Shown: positions 63,157 to 64,000 of the stretch, piece after piece
Numbering within the stretch: the stretch's first letter is position 1
Layout: the number at the start of each line of letters is the position of its first letter
Assembly: GCA_964016885.1 (NCBI GenBank)
Contig: OZ024753.1
Coordinates: 9,920,001-9,984,000 of the forward strand
Source of the DNA: Eledone cirrhosa
Taxonomy: Eukaryota
Reading direction: 5' to 3'
DNA length: 64,000 nt
Notes under the pieces: generated by a model
The model's database searches: none
Seen by the model: the letters and a program-made list of their open reading frames with translations, nothing else
Told to the model about the DNA's origin: nothing
Translations under genes and position numbers: made by a program

Positions 63157-63755
63157 TTAAATTTTAGAGAAAACAATACCAAATTCTTGAACAAAATATA
63201 TTTAATGGCTTACGATTGTTTCAAAAATCATATCAACATTATGAAAATTATCGATTATATAATCGATCAGAGCAAATGATAATAAAAAGAAAAGAATGAT
63301 ATGATTTTATCTTCAGAGACGACAGAAAATAAATAATTAATTAAAAAATACATGTCACTGATCATCCGTTTGAGGTGAAACAAATTGTTGTTGGAAATGG
63401 TGTATTAACTGTTGTGGAACTAATATATTATATAGTTTAAGATGGTAATATGGACGAAACAAGAGAAGAACCCCTTCATCAGCTGTTAACTGCAGAACAC
63501 AGATGTTTCGACGCTTAAAACAGGACATCGAAAGCGATCAGTAGCGCGTCCAAGGCCTTTTATCGATCAAAAGGCCATGAGGGAAAGAAAAGAAAAAATT
63601 GGTTTACAGTAACCACACAGCCGGATTCGTTTCTTGTAATATATATATATATATATATATTTAATCCCGGCTTCAATCGGGGGTAACCACAGTAAGTAAA
63701 GTACTCAATCCCGAATGAAACAGCTCTAGTCCTGTAGAAGCCTTATATATATATA

Positions 63756-63948
63756 TAGGAAAAGAGTCAGGACCCCGACGGCTGAGCTCCGGCCGTTTCG
63801 ACAGCTAGATCCGAACTGAGTTCTTATCTAGCCGTCGAAATGTCAGGAGCTCAACCGTCGGGGTCCTGACTCTTTTCCTATTACCCCACCCTACTACCCT
63901 ACGTATTGAGTACTCTGGTGCGTTATGGCCCACCTGGTATCTTACCAC
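63756..63948 (+). mobile_element. Second copy of the terminal-hairpin element (hairpin 63756-63880)
   Basis: Homologous to 26157-26326 in the opposite orientation, flanked by (TA)n. Confidence 0.8.
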
Positions 63949-63955
63949 ACACACA

Positions 63956-64000
<45 letters not shown>

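Noticed and set aside
63470-63525. Minus-strand GAAAC...GTT-CTG...CAG-CTGATGA resembling a type II hammerhead
   Set aside because: The stem II strands do not pair, so it is likely chance or a rearranged remnant.

Overview
AT-rich, repeat-dense animal genomic DNA. An octopus or other cephalopod is likely, inferred from the SINE/LINE types and the abundant (TA)n. The only clear host gene is a minus-strand TGIF-family TALE homeobox gene. Its main coding exon is 18099-18859, with candidate upstream exons at about 34275-34301 and 51561-51644. Nearly everything else is transposon or satellite DNA: a 5'-truncated RTE LINE with a PHD-like finger (12280-14408); a 5'-truncated Penelope-like element of Naiad type (RT plus GIY-YIG, about 26490-31740); RTE-X-like and CRE-like fragments; CORE-type and Meta-type tRNA SINEs; piggyBac-like and hAT MITEs; and many tandem arrays, several grown out of transposon pieces. 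Three things are not explained by the ORF track. (1) About ten minimal hammerhead-ribozyme motifs sit in short (TA)n-flanked Penelope-type remnants. (2) There is a series of near-perfect fold-back palindromes, at least one centred exactly on a hammerhead stem II and extending into flanking DNA. (3) A 7.6-kb array carries a TGACAG (TGIF/Meis-type site) in nearly every unit and lies upstream of, or inside, the TGIF-like gene. The giant ORFs in the track are repeat artefacts.
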